DNA of 32,000 bases from Ruminococcus albus 7 = DSM 20455 (GCF_000179635.2 NC_014833.1:2070001-2102000), one strand, 5' to 3'; counted from the first letter of the stretch, positions 8,892 to 17,483 are shown. Notes: a model not told the origin generated them from the sequence alone. Numbers and translations are program-made.

Positions 8892-8933
8892 ACAATATTT
8901 GTAAAGAAAGATAATAATATCTTTCAGGGAAGG

Positions 8934-9791
8934 CTATTCCTTTACAGCACCTGATACTAGACCACTGTAAATGTATTTCTGCAGCAGCAGGAATATCAGC
9001 AGTGTAGGTATTATGCAGAGGATTATACCGGAGAATACTACCTCCCACTGTATCTTTGTGGAACTGATATATTTGTATAGTACTGTAGATACTACCAGCA
9101 GATTCTCATCCTGCATATACAGCTGCGGTGTATAGAAATCATTGTAGATGCTTACGAATTTGATTATCAGTACAGTAGCGATCGCAGGTTTTAAATTAGG
9201 CAGTATAATAGAGAAGTATATCTTCGGATAGCTTGCTCCGTCCATGATACCGCTTTCGTCCAGCGATACAGGTATCTGACTGAGAAACTGCATGAAAATG
9301 TATATCGAGATTATGTCAGTTCCTACATAGAGAATTATAGGAGCAGCCATAGTGTTATAAAGTCCTATCCTGCTAATTATCTGGAAGACAGTTACCTGCA
9401 TTGATATATTCGGTAAAAGCGTTGCCAGCAAGAATGCTCCTTTTATAAGGCGTGTCATTTTGCTGTCAAAACGCTGTATGATAAAAGCTGTCATTGTACC
9501 GGTAAGTATTGTTCCCACGCAGGATATTACAATGATGATGAATGTATTAAACAGTCCTTGCATCACCTTGCCTTCAAAGAATGCTGTTTTGAAATTTTCA
9601 AACGTAAATGTCTTTGGTAGCTCAAATACACCAGTGTTTGCAAACTCCTTTCCATCTTTGAAAGCACCCAGTAGTATCACAACTATCGGTATCAGCACCA
9701 TAAGACAACCACAGATAAGTACTGCGTAAGAAAGTATCTTTATAACTATCTGAGAAATGTAGAGCGGTTTCTTTTGTTCTTCACTGTTCAT
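8934..9791 (-). CDS. Carbohydrate ABC transporter permease (CUT1 family, MalG/UgpE-like)
   Basis: 285 aa with about 6 hydrophobic segments. An EAA-loop-like region (LDESGIMDGASYPKIYFSIILPNLKPA) is present. The ATG overlaps the upstream permease stop (ATGA at 9789-9793). Confidence 0.85.
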   Translation of the reverse strand: MNSEEQKKPLYISQIVIKILSYAVLICGCLMVLIPIVVILLGAFKDGKEFANTGVFELPKTFTFENFKTAFFEGKVMQGLFNTFIIIVISCVGTILTGTMTAFIIQRFDSKMTRLIKGAFLLATLLPNISMQVTVFQIISRIGLYNTMAAPIILYVGTDIISIYIFMQFLSQIPVSLDESGIMDGASYPKIYFSIILPNLKPAIATVLIIKFVSIYNDFYTPQLYMQDENLLVVSTVLYKYISSTKIQWEVVFSGIILCIIPTLLIFLLLQKYIYSGLVSGAVKE

Positions 9792-10756
9792 CAGTCTGCC
9801 TCCTTTTTAACTGACTTTGTCGGCTTTTCATCGCCTTCGCGGAAGAAATACTTCTGTATCAGCGTGACAATGATGATTATTATCAACAGTACCACAGCCA
9901 TCGCACAGGCTAAGCCGACCTGCTTTTTCTTGAATGCGGTCTCGATCGTCTTGATTACAAATGTGGAGCTTCCGTAATTTCCGCCTGTGATTATATATGG
10001 TATCTCAAATACTGATATTGCGCCCTTTACCGCAAGTATAAGCTGCAAAGATACTATTGGTTTTATGCTTGGAAAAACTATATATCTAAACTGCTGCCAC
10101 GGGTTTGCACCATCAAGGTTCGATGCCTCGTATAGATCCGGGTTTATAGACTGTATCGCCCCGATGTACATTATGATATCAAAGCCTATGTATCTCCATA
10201 TTGATACGAATACAAGACAGCAATTGACAAGAATAGTATTCGCAGGGTCGAACCATCGAACAGGTTCGATCCCGAGCAGTGTTAGCACACTGTTAAGTGT
10301 ACCCTCCTGAGTCAGCGGTGGATTTCCCTTTGTGAAAAATCTCAGGAATATTATGCTGACAGCTACACCGTTCATAAGGTATGGAAAAAACAGAACCCCT
10401 TTAAAAAGTCCTTTAGCCTTTATCTTAGAGCAGAGTATTGAGGCTATCAGCAGAGCCACGATCTGCTGTACAAATGAGCCTGCAAGGTAGTACAGGCTAT
10501 TTTTGAATGTAATGAAGTAATCCGGATTAGTAAAAATGGTTTTGTAGTTGTCAAATCCGACAAATTTAGGATCTACTCCGAACTGATCCCGTTCCTGAAA
10601 GCTGTAACCGACCATGTTAGCAGCCGGTATAAAGGTAAATATCAGCAGCAGCGCAACCGGTACCAGTAAGAATAATATTGAAACGTATAGTTTCTGTCCT
10701 TCATAGGTCTTTAGCCATTGTCCTAAGCTTACCGACCTTTTGTTTTTGGTTTTCAT
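9791..10756 (-). CDS. Carbohydrate ABC transporter permease (CUT1 family, MalF/UgpA-like)
   Basis: 321 aa multi-TM protein with EAA loop YEASNLDGANPWQQFRYIVFPSIKP. AAGGAG lies 7 nt upstream of ATG 10756. Confidence 0.85.
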   Translation of the reverse strand: MKTKNKRSVSLGQWLKTYEGQKLYVSILFLLVPVALLLIFTFIPAANMVGYSFQERDQFGVDPKFVGFDNYKTIFTNPDYFITFKNSLYYLAGSFVQQIVALLIASILCSKIKAKGLFKGVLFFPYLMNGVAVSIIFLRFFTKGNPPLTQEGTLNSVLTLLGIEPVRWFDPANTILVNCCLVFVSIWRYIGFDIIMYIGAIQSINPDLYEASNLDGANPWQQFRYIVFPSIKPIVSLQLILAVKGAISVFEIPYIITGGNYGSSTFVIKTIETAFKKKQVGLACAMAVVLLIIIIIVTLIQKYFFREGDEKPTKSVKKEAD

Positions 10757-10780
10757 AGTGATCTCCTTTGCAAAACAGCA

Positions 10781-10801
10781 GCGGACGGTATTACCGTCCG
10801 C
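10781..10801 (-). promoter_or_regulatory. Intercistronic GC-rich hairpin downstream of the binding-protein gene (partial terminator or mRNA stabiliser)
   Basis: GCGGACGG-(TAT)TA-CCGTCCGC gives an 8-9 bp perfect stem. On the minus strand it is followed by GCTGTTTTG, which has only a short U-tract. It lies between the SBP stop (10904) and the permease start (10756). Confidence 0.55.
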
Positions 10802-10903
10802 TAAAAAGATGATAAAGAAAATAAGTGGAATTTATAACAAATGATTATCTTTCTAAGATCATACTTATTGTAATAAGCTCTCTGAGAAAGATATGATCAA
10901 TTA

Positions 10904-12241
10904 TTAACCCATGATTTCATCTCGTGCTTCAGCCCACTTTTTGTCTTCGGCAGATATTATTGCTTTAAATTCATCTTCACCTTTGCCTGCAAATGCTGCT
11001 TCAGCAAGTTTTATTTTGAAATTATCGGTATCACCGCTCCAAATTCCTACGCCTGACTTAGTGTCTATCTCATCGAATTTGCCGACCAGTTCTTCTGGTG
11101 TAGAAGCCTTTTCAAAGAATTCGGCACCGTTAAATTCGGATAGATTATCAGGTAGTTCAGAGTCTTTCTTTGCAGGGATCATGCCTTCTTTTTCAGCAAA
11201 GCCTGATTCGCCTGTAAACCATTCAACGTATTTCTTAGCCAGGGCTTTATCAGCGCAGTGCTTGCTTACACCTACACAATAGTCAGGCGCAGTTTCAGCG
11301 TACTGTTTACCATCTGGTGCAGTTATAGGAACAGGCATATAACCGATGTCATCGGGATTAGCAGCCTGTTCACGGAACTGTGCGATAGCCCATGATCCCA
11401 TCATCATAGTACCTATCTTACCTTCACCCATCCACACCTTCGAGGATTCCCACTCAGTTGTCATGTGGTCCTCCTCGATCAGGGATGGAGAGGAGAATAA
11501 ATCAAACATAAGTTTATATACAGGATAGTATCCGCCGTCTTCAGCAAAGAGATCAAGCTTGTCTATCAGCAGCTTGTTTTCATACTCAGGATCTCCTGAT
11601 GCTGACATAACAAGACTCTGCCACTGGGTTATCGTCCAGCTTGCATCCGCATACTGAGTATAGTATGGTATAGCATCTGTTTTGTCTGCTATCTGCTGAA
11701 GGTCATCGAGAAATTCATCAGGAGTTTTGGGTGAAGAAGTTATACCTGCATCACTCCAGACTTTCTTGTTATAAAGTACTCCAACAGCATTTCCGCCATA
11801 AGCGATGCCGTACACATTTTTATCAGAGTCCATCTTTCTGTCAGCCCAGCGATATGTGGCGCTCATTTCATCATAAGTACCAAGTGGTTCAAAGAAATTT
11901 CCAAGATCCTTCAGATCAACATCATCAGGGATCATCAGAACATCACCGTAATCGTCGGTTCCCATTCTTGTTGCGATAGTGCCTGTGTAATCCTGATATG
12001 CAACATACTGTACATCGCAGTTGTTAGCTTCCTCAAATGCTTTGGTCATCTCATCAAGACTTCCATCATCAACACGATCAGTACGGTGCGTTACGACCTC
12101 AAGTACAGTTTTACCGTCCTTAGTTTTTTTAGCTGACTTGCTGTCACTTTCTTTTCCTGTACTGCAGCCTGTAAATGCAGCCATAGCACTCATAGTAACA
12201 ACACTTGCAAGCATAGCAGAAATGATCCTTTTCTTGTTCAT
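10904..12241 (-). CDS. ABC transporter extracellular solute-binding lipoprotein (family 1, sugar-type)
   Basis: Signal peptide with lipobox (..MAAFTG-C-STG). 445 aa, rich in aromatic residues and W. First gene of the SBP-permease-permease operon. GGAGG lies 8 nt upstream of the ATG. Confidence 0.85.
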   Translation of the reverse strand: MNKKRIISAMLASVVTMSAMAAFTGCSTGKESDSKSAKKTKDGKTVLEVVTHRTDRVDDGSLDEMTKAFEEANNCDVQYVAYQDYTGTIATRMGTDDYGDVLMIPDDVDLKDLGNFFEPLGTYDEMSATYRWADRKMDSDKNVYGIAYGGNAVGVLYNKKVWSDAGITSSPKTPDEFLDDLQQIADKTDAIPYYTQYADASWTITQWQSLVMSASGDPEYENKLLIDKLDLFAEDGGYYPVYKLMFDLFSSPSLIEEDHMTTEWESSKVWMGEGKIGTMMMGSWAIAQFREQAANPDDIGYMPVPITAPDGKQYAETAPDYCVGVSKHCADKALAKKYVEWFTGESGFAEKEGMIPAKKDSELPDNLSEFNGAEFFEKASTPEELVGKFDEIDTKSGVGIWSGDTDNFKIKLAEAAFAGKGEDEFKAIISAEDKKWAEARDEIMG

Positions 12242-12302
12242 TATTTATCCTCCGTTCAATTAAATAATTAATCTGTAATAGATTAAACTTTATCTTATCA
12301 AG

Positions 12303-12331
12303 AGTATATCATTTAGTTAATGATTAGTCAA
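12303..12331 (-). promoter_or_regulatory. Sigma-A-type promoter for the ABC operon
   Basis: On the minus strand it reads TTGACT, 17 nt, then TGaTATACT (extended -10). It lies about 60 nt upstream of the SBP ATG. Confidence 0.55.
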
Positions 12332-12455
12332 TAGCTTGCGTAAAATTATTTCAATAAAAGAGTTAAATTTGTAGCAAAAGATGATTAACTTGTTGAAATA
12401 TTGTGCAACCTATACAATCACTGTATTCGATTACATAGATTTCTTCTAAATAACA

Positions 12456-12485
12456 TAAAAAATGCAGAGCTTTAAATCTCTGCAT
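12456..12485 (-). terminator. Rho-independent terminator of the CDF gene
   Basis: On the minus strand it reads ATGCAGAG-atttaaag-CTCTGCAT followed by TTTTTT. It lies 49 nt downstream of the CDF stop. Confidence 0.7.
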
Positions 12486-12533
12486 TAATTAAAACATATT
12501 TATTTTGGCCTGGAAAAATGTAGAAGTAAAAAA

Positions 12534-13670
12534 TTAATCTGTTATATCCACGTCAGGTGCTATCTGAATTTCATAATCCGGATATGCAGCTTTAAGCTCG
12601 CTGTAAATTATATCGATTCCTTCCTTGGGTCTTATATCAAAACTCATCACTATATCAAAAGTCATCTCTTTAGCTTCTGTATCTACATAAAATCCGTGGA
12701 ACTGGACTGCCCAGTCATGTGCCATAACACGCTCGCGCACATCATTCTGGATATCAGCTGCCTCATCATTTCCTGTATTATAAGAATAAACGCCAACAGC
12801 TGCCAGAACTACACCTGTTTCCTTATATACCTTCTTTTCAAGTCTTCTGGTAAGTTTGTCTATCTCTCTTGCTTTCATTGTATCGGGCAGTTCAAGATGA
12901 ACAGAGGCGAAATCCGTATCAGGTCCAAAATTATACATTATCAGATCATAAGCACCTCTTACTTCATCATCTTCAGAAAGCAGTGCTTTGATTTTATCGG
13001 TTTTTTCTTTGTCAGCCCTTATACCTATAATCTCGTTGAGTGTTTCTATCATCATTTCAATACCTGCCTTTATAATAAAAGCAGATATTATTACACCGAC
13101 AAATGCTTCAAGAGAAAGTCCGCTGATCATATATATTATTGCAGAAATAAGTACCGATCCCGAAAGAACAGCATCAAACATGGCATCAGACCCTGATGCT
13201 ACAAGTGAACCTGAATTGACTTGCTCTCCCTTCTTTTTTACGTATTTTCCCAGGATGATCTTCACCAATACTGCTACTGCAATTATGATCAGTGAAATAA
13301 TTTTATATTCCGGTTTTTCAGGGTGAATGATTTTCTTTATCGACTCCACTGCGGATGTTATACCTGCGTAAAGCACTATTCCCGAAACGATCATTGCGCT
13401 GAGATACTCTATCCTGCCATAACCCAGGGGGTGTTTCTTGTTGGGTAGCTTTCCCGCAAGTTTTGTACCAACTATTGTAATAATCGAAGATATGGCATCA
13501 GACAAATTATTTACAGCATCCAGTGTTACAGCTATGGAATTGGATATGATCCCTATAACAGCTTTAAATGCTGAGAGAAATACATTTGTCATTATCCCGA
13601 TAATACTGGTATGAATTATCACTTTATCTCGATCCTGAGCTAGAGTATCTGGTTTAGTATTATCATTCAT
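12534..13670 (-). CDS. Cation diffusion facilitator family transporter (divalent metal efflux)
   Basis: 378 aa with six N-terminal TM segments. CDF-type TM2/TM5 polar and acidic residues are present (SNSIAVTLDAVNNLSDA; GSDAMFDAV). A cytoplasmic C-terminal alpha/beta domain follows. Confidence 0.88.
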   Translation of the reverse strand: MNDNTKPDTLAQDRDKVIIHTSIIGIMTNVFLSAFKAVIGIISNSIAVTLDAVNNLSDAISSIITIVGTKLAGKLPNKKHPLGYGRIEYLSAMIVSGIVLYAGITSAVESIKKIIHPEKPEYKIISLIIIAVAVLVKIILGKYVKKKGEQVNSGSLVASGSDAMFDAVLSGSVLISAIIYMISGLSLEAFVGVIISAFIIKAGIEMMIETLNEIIGIRADKEKTDKIKALLSEDDEVRGAYDLIMYNFGPDTDFASVHLELPDTMKAREIDKLTRRLEKKVYKETGVVLAAVGVYSYNTGNDEAADIQNDVRERVMAHDWAVQFHGFYVDTEAKEMTFDIVMSFDIRPKEGIDIIYSELKAAYPDYEIQIAPDVDITD

Positions 13671-13727
13671 TTTTACTTCTCCTTAAGTATATATTTAACT
13701 GTTGTAATGAACAATTCGCTGTAAATG

Positions 13728-13756
13728 ATTATACCATAGTTCAGCTGAAAATGCAA
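13728..13756 (-). promoter_or_regulatory. Sigma-A-type promoter for the CDF gene
   Basis: On the minus strand it reads TTGCAT, 17 nt, then TGgTATAAT (extended -10). It lies about 55 nt upstream of ATG 13670, with AAGGAG as RBS. Confidence 0.6.
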
Positions 13757-13810
13757 TGACTGTATATGTTTTTTGTCTATGATCAAATATTCAGCGTTTT
13801 ATCCTCAGGC

Positions 13811-13839
13811 TTGAAATTCTTTTATTAATGTGTTATAAT
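13811..13839 (+). promoter_or_regulatory. Sigma-A-type promoter for the dnaD-like operon
   Basis: TTGAAA (13811-13816), a 17-nt spacer, then TGtTATAAT (-10 at 13834-13839). AGGAGG at 13853-13858 lies 9 nt before ATG 13868. Confidence 0.6.
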
Positions 13840-13867
13840 AAAAGATACGCACAGGAGGTCTGTTACT

Positions 13868-14896
13868 ATGGATTATTGTTTTGAAGCCGATAGCTGGGGA
13901 GCGTCATTCAGCTTTCCGTGGGCTGCCGCTGCCGGACATTTAAAAAGCTGCAGCGAAGCCCAGATAAAAATACTTCTTTGTATCCTTGCCGGTCCGAGAT
14001 ATACTGATTCTTCATCTTTAGCGGAATTATCAGGTTACTCTGAATCCGATGTCGATGAAGCAGTGGCTTATTGGCATAAAGCAGGAGTAATATATGTCAA
14101 TGGAGAAAAGTCTGCTCCCGTTAAGTCTGAAGCAACTCATAAATTTTCCGGAAAGAACGAACCTGTATCTGTTGTAGAGTCTGTAAAACCTACTAAGGCA
14201 TCTGCTGTTGAGCGAAAGATTACGGTAAAATACTCGCAGCGCGAGATGCTTCAAAAAGCTGAGAATGATGCTGCGCTTAAAAGTCTTATAAATGAGATCC
14301 AATCTTTGCAGTTCTCTATAAATGGAAGTGAGCTTGCCAAGCTTATCGAGCTTTATGAACTTTATAAATTCGATGCACCTTCTATACTTCTTGCTGCAGA
14401 CCATTGTCGGGCAGCAGGGAAGTGCAGTATAGCCTATCTGCATACTGTTATGATAAACTGGTATAATGAAGGTATCAATACTTACGCAGAGGTAGAGCAG
14501 GCGATAATAACCTCTGCTGAGCGCCGAAGCTTTGAAAATAAGATACTGGGTATTTTCGGCATGGAAAACAAGCCTTCAAAAAAACAACAGCAGTATATGT
14601 CTGAGTGGAAAAGACTCGGCTTTAATTTTGATCTCATTGAACTTGCATATAATAAATGTCTTGATACAAAAAGTAAGCTGAGTTTTAGTTATATAGACGG
14701 AATACTTAAAAATTGGGCAAACAGCGGCATCACCAGCGTAGAACAGGCTGAGGATTCCGATATACAGCATAAAAAGAAATATTCTGCGGTAAGCGAGGAC
14801 AAGCCTTCTTATGATCTTAATGAGTATGAGAATTTTGCGAGAAACTATGATTTCGGTGACGCTCCGTGGAATAACAGAAAGGATGGAGATCAATGA
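13868..14896 (+). CDS. DnaD/DnaB-type replication initiation and membrane attachment protein (two DnaB_2/DnaD C-terminal repeats)
   Basis: N-terminal winged-helix-like region, then two repeats of the DnaD-type motif (..SIAYLHTVMINWYNEGINTYAEVEQ.. and ..SFSYIDGILKNWANSGITSVEQAE..). The stop overlaps the loader gene start (ATGA at 14893-14896). Confidence 0.8.
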   Translation: MDYCFEADSWGASFSFPWAAAAGHLKSCSEAQIKILLCILAGPRYTDSSSLAELSGYSESDVDEAVAYWHKAGVIYVNGEKSAPVKSEATHKFSGKNEPVSVVESVKPTKASAVERKITVKYSQREMLQKAENDAALKSLINEIQSLQFSINGSELAKLIELYELYKFDAPSILLAADHCRAAGKCSIAYLHTVMINWYNEGINTYAEVEQAIITSAERRSFENKILGIFGMENKPSKKQQQYMSEWKRLGFNFDLIELAYNKCLDTKSKLSFSYIDGILKNWANSGITSVEQAEDSDIQHKKKYSAVSEDKPSYDLNEYENFARNYDFGDAPWNNRKDGDQ

Positions 14897-15882
14897 GATA
14901 TACGGAGAATGCTTTCGATCTTGCCGAACTTGAACTCAGGGCACGGCAGGATAAAGCAGAGGAGGAGCATCAGCGCAGACTTATGGAGATATCTGAAAAA
15001 GCTCCGGAGATATACCGTATGTACAGTGAATCTATCAGACTTAATTATGCGCTTCTCGGAAATATTGGAAAAGGGAGGAGCGGTGCGGATATCTCAAAGA
15101 AGATAGCTGAGATAAAGGATAAGAATATAACACTTCGCCGTACTATGCATGAGATGCTAAAAGCCTGCGGCTATCCTGAGGATTATCTTCAAATGCATTA
15201 TCAGTGTGAGGTATGCCGCGATTCAGGTTATCATGACGGTGTAAGATGCGAGTGTATGAAAAAGCTACTGAAGAAATATACTACAGAGGAGATAAACTCT
15301 CACTGTTCTATTGAACTTCATGATTTTGCAGACTTTCGGCCTGAATACTACAGTGATATTCCCGTTAACGGAGAGATCCCCAGGGAGAAAATGCTTAGTA
15401 TATATGAAAACTGTAAGAATTATGCTCTTCATTTTGAAGCAGATACAAGCTCTATGATTTTTTATGGCAAGACAGGTCTTGGTAAGACATTTCTTTCATC
15501 ATGTATCGCAAAAGAGCTTATTGATCAGGGGTGGAACGTAGTATATGGTTCACTGCTGAAGCTGATGAGGCAAGTTGAGGATGAACGCTTCAATAGAACA
15601 ACAGGAGACACTATGAGTATTATGCTTGAATCTGATCTTTTGATCCTTGATGATCTTGGTTCAGAATTTCAGACACAATTCACTGATTCAGTACTGTATG
15701 AGCTTATAAACGAACGAATTAATGAACGCAGACCGATCATTATCTCAACCAACCTGAGCATCAAGGAACTGAACAAAAAGTATAATGATAGGATAGTTTC
15801 GCGTATAACAGGCTGTTTCAGACCTTCTTTCTTTGTCGGTAATGATGTCAGACTTGTTAAACTGAGAAACGGTATCAAATAG
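14893..15882 (+). CDS. DnaI/DnaC-type AAA+ helicase loader
   Basis: N-terminal Cys-rich zinc module (CEVCRDSGYHDGVRCEC). Walker A GKTGLGKTF, Walker B LLILDDLG and sensor region IISTNL are present. It is paired with the DnaD-like gene, as in Firmicutes. Confidence 0.82.
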   Translation: MRYTENAFDLAELELRARQDKAEEEHQRRLMEISEKAPEIYRMYSESIRLNYALLGNIGKGRSGADISKKIAEIKDKNITLRRTMHEMLKACGYPEDYLQMHYQCEVCRDSGYHDGVRCECMKKLLKKYTTEEINSHCSIELHDFADFRPEYYSDIPVNGEIPREKMLSIYENCKNYALHFEADTSSMIFYGKTGLGKTFLSSCIAKELIDQGWNVVYGSLLKLMRQVEDERFNRTTGDTMSIMLESDLLILDDLGSEFQTQFTDSVLYELINERINERRPIIISTNLSIKELNKKYNDRIVSRITGCFRPSFFVGNDVRLVKLRNGIK

Positions 15883-15883
15883 G

Positions 15884-17224
15884 GTGTTTGATGTGAGAAA
15901 GATAAGACTATTATTAGATCAGCTTCTTATACTCGCTTTATGTAATTCTACTGTCTTGTGGGCGATCGTTCCTTTGGCATCATGGATCAAGGTATTTATA
16001 GTTTCAGGTCTGATACTTTTTTATTTGATATACCTTTTAAGTGCAGGAGGTCGTACCGATAAGGATAAGAAACTCAGCCGTATTGCTAAAGGGTCTTTCC
16101 TTATAGACGGCGCCGTGATATCCCTTGTATTACATACTGCAGCGATACTCGCTTTTATAATTATCGGCGGCTCAGGTTTATGGCGGCAGCTCATAAACGG
16201 GCTTGCAGGTTACGCATTGATCTCATTTACGGCTTTTGTAGGTATTATCAGGCTGCTGATATCTTCAAAGCAGGTCAATGCTGTGAAGTACATATCACTG
16301 ATGTTTACGTGGTATATACCAGTGGTGAATATACTGGTGCTCAAAAATATTTCAAAGTCAGCCAAAAAGGAATTTCGTTTTGAGCAGGCTAAGCAGGAAC
16401 TTGATGATCTGCGTAAGGAAAATGAGGTCTGTAAGACAAAATACCCCATACTTATGGTACACGGCATTTTTTTTCGTGACTGGCAGATGTTCAATTATTG
16501 GGGAAGAGTACCTAAGGAGCTTGTACGTAATGGTGCAGAGATATATTATGGATGTCAGCAGTCTGCTAATCTGATATCCGTAAGTGCAGGAGAACTACGG
16601 GATAAGATAGAAGAAGTCATAAGGGAGACCGGCGCAGAGAAGATCAACATCATAGCACATTCCAAAGGTGGTCTGGATTCAAGATACGCTATATCAAAAC
16701 TGGGTATGGATAAATACGTTGCAAGCCTTGTGACGATAAATACACCGCACTACGGCTGTAATTTTGTTGATGATATACTTGCAAAGGTCCCGGATGGTCT
16801 GCTGAGATTTGTTGCAAAAAGATATAACAAGCTTTTTACGGTTCTTGGTGATACAGCGCCGGATTTTGAGAAAGGTCTGCGTGAGCTTACTCATACAAAC
16901 TGTGCAAAGCTTGATACTGAACTTCCTGACGATCCGGATATATACTATCTTTCGGTGATGTCAGTTATGAAAAATGTGTTCTCTGCTGGATTTCCGCTCA
17001 ACCTGGGCTATATACTGAACCGCAAGGATGGCACAGGTAATGATGGACTTGTTGTAAAGGAATCTGCACTTCGCGGCGAGAATACACTTATGATAAACCA
17101 TAACGGAAACCGTGGTCTTTCTCATGGAGACATGATAGATCTGTTTCGTGAAAATATTGATGGTTTTGACGTGCGCGAGTTTTATGTCGGCATAGTCAAA
17201 GATCTTAAAGAAAGAGGATTGTAA
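15884..17224 (+). CDS. Membrane-anchored alpha/beta-hydrolase, lipase/esterase-like
   Basis: The N-terminal ~165 aa has 4-5 hydrophobic helices. The C-terminal domain has PILMVHG (oxyanion region), the nucleophile elbow AHSKGG, NDGLV (Asp) and SHGDM (His). There is no ATG start: GTG 15884 or GTG 15893, the latter 8 nt after AGGG. It begins 1-10 nt after the loader stop. Confidence 0.7.
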   Translation: MFDVRKIRLLLDQLLILALCNSTVLWAIVPLASWIKVFIVSGLILFYLIYLLSAGGRTDKDKKLSRIAKGSFLIDGAVISLVLHTAAILAFIIIGGSGLWRQLINGLAGYALISFTAFVGIIRLLISSKQVNAVKYISLMFTWYIPVVNILVLKNISKSAKKEFRFEQAKQELDDLRKENEVCKTKYPILMVHGIFFRDWQMFNYWGRVPKELVRNGAEIYYGCQQSANLISVSAGELRDKIEEVIRETGAEKINIIAHSKGGLDSRYAISKLGMDKYVASLVTINTPHYGCNFVDDILAKVPDGLLRFVAKRYNKLFTVLGDTAPDFEKGLRELTHTNCAKLDTELPDDPDIYYLSVMSVMKNVFSAGFPLNLGYILNRKDGTGNDGLVVKESALRGENTLMINHNGNRGLSHGDMIDLFRENIDGFDVREFYVGIVKDLKERGL

Positions 17225-17225
17225 T

Positions 17226-17468
17226 ATGAACCCAATGGCTTTAGTAAAACTCAAACCTTTATTTGAAAAATTCAGAGAGAATCACCCAAGGATACCTCAG
17301 TTCATGCATACTGCTGCGAGCGGAATCGAGGATGGCGGTGCTATTGATATTAAAGTTACCAACGCCGCCGGACAGAAGATCGAGGCGAGCATAAAGCTTA
17401 ATGCTGACGATATTGAACTGTTTGACACTCTTCGCAAGGTATTATCAGAAGCAGGCGATCAGATGTAA
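17226..17468 (+). CDS. Hypothetical 80-aa soluble protein (no family recognised)
   Basis: ATG 17226 lies 1 nt after the lipase TAA, and AGAGGA lies about 9 nt upstream. There are no hydrophobic segments. A strong terminator follows. The coding call rests on context and RBS only. Confidence 0.5.
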   Translation: MNPMALVKLKPLFEKFRENHPRIPQFMHTAASGIEDGGAIDIKVTNAAGQKIEASIKLNADDIELFDTLRKVLSEAGDQM

Positions 17469-17483
17469 AGTTGTTAGAAAATG

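Noticed and set aside
12394-12435. cre-like sequence TGAAATATTGTGCA, plus short dyads TTGT-N9-ACAA and TGTA-N6-TACA, upstream of the ABC operon promoter
   Set aside because: The cre candidate lacks the conserved central CG. The dyads have only 4-bp arms, which are expected by chance in AT-rich intergenic DNA. They are not enough to call an operator.
12696-13326. Plus-strand ORFs (166 and 112 aa) inside the CDF gene
   Set aside because: They are antisense to a clear six-TM CDF transporter. They are Cys/Tyr/Ile-rich nonsense-like sequences.
13868-15882. DnaD-like plus DnaC/IstB-like pair as a prophage or IS21-type remnant
   Set aside because: There is no integrase, transposase (IstA), inverted repeats, att-like repeats or phage structural genes nearby. 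The first protein has the double DnaD-repeat architecture of chromosomal DnaB/DnaD, and the second has the DnaI-type zinc N-terminus. The pair is most simply the chromosomal helicase-loading pair, though a second copy elsewhere would reopen the question.
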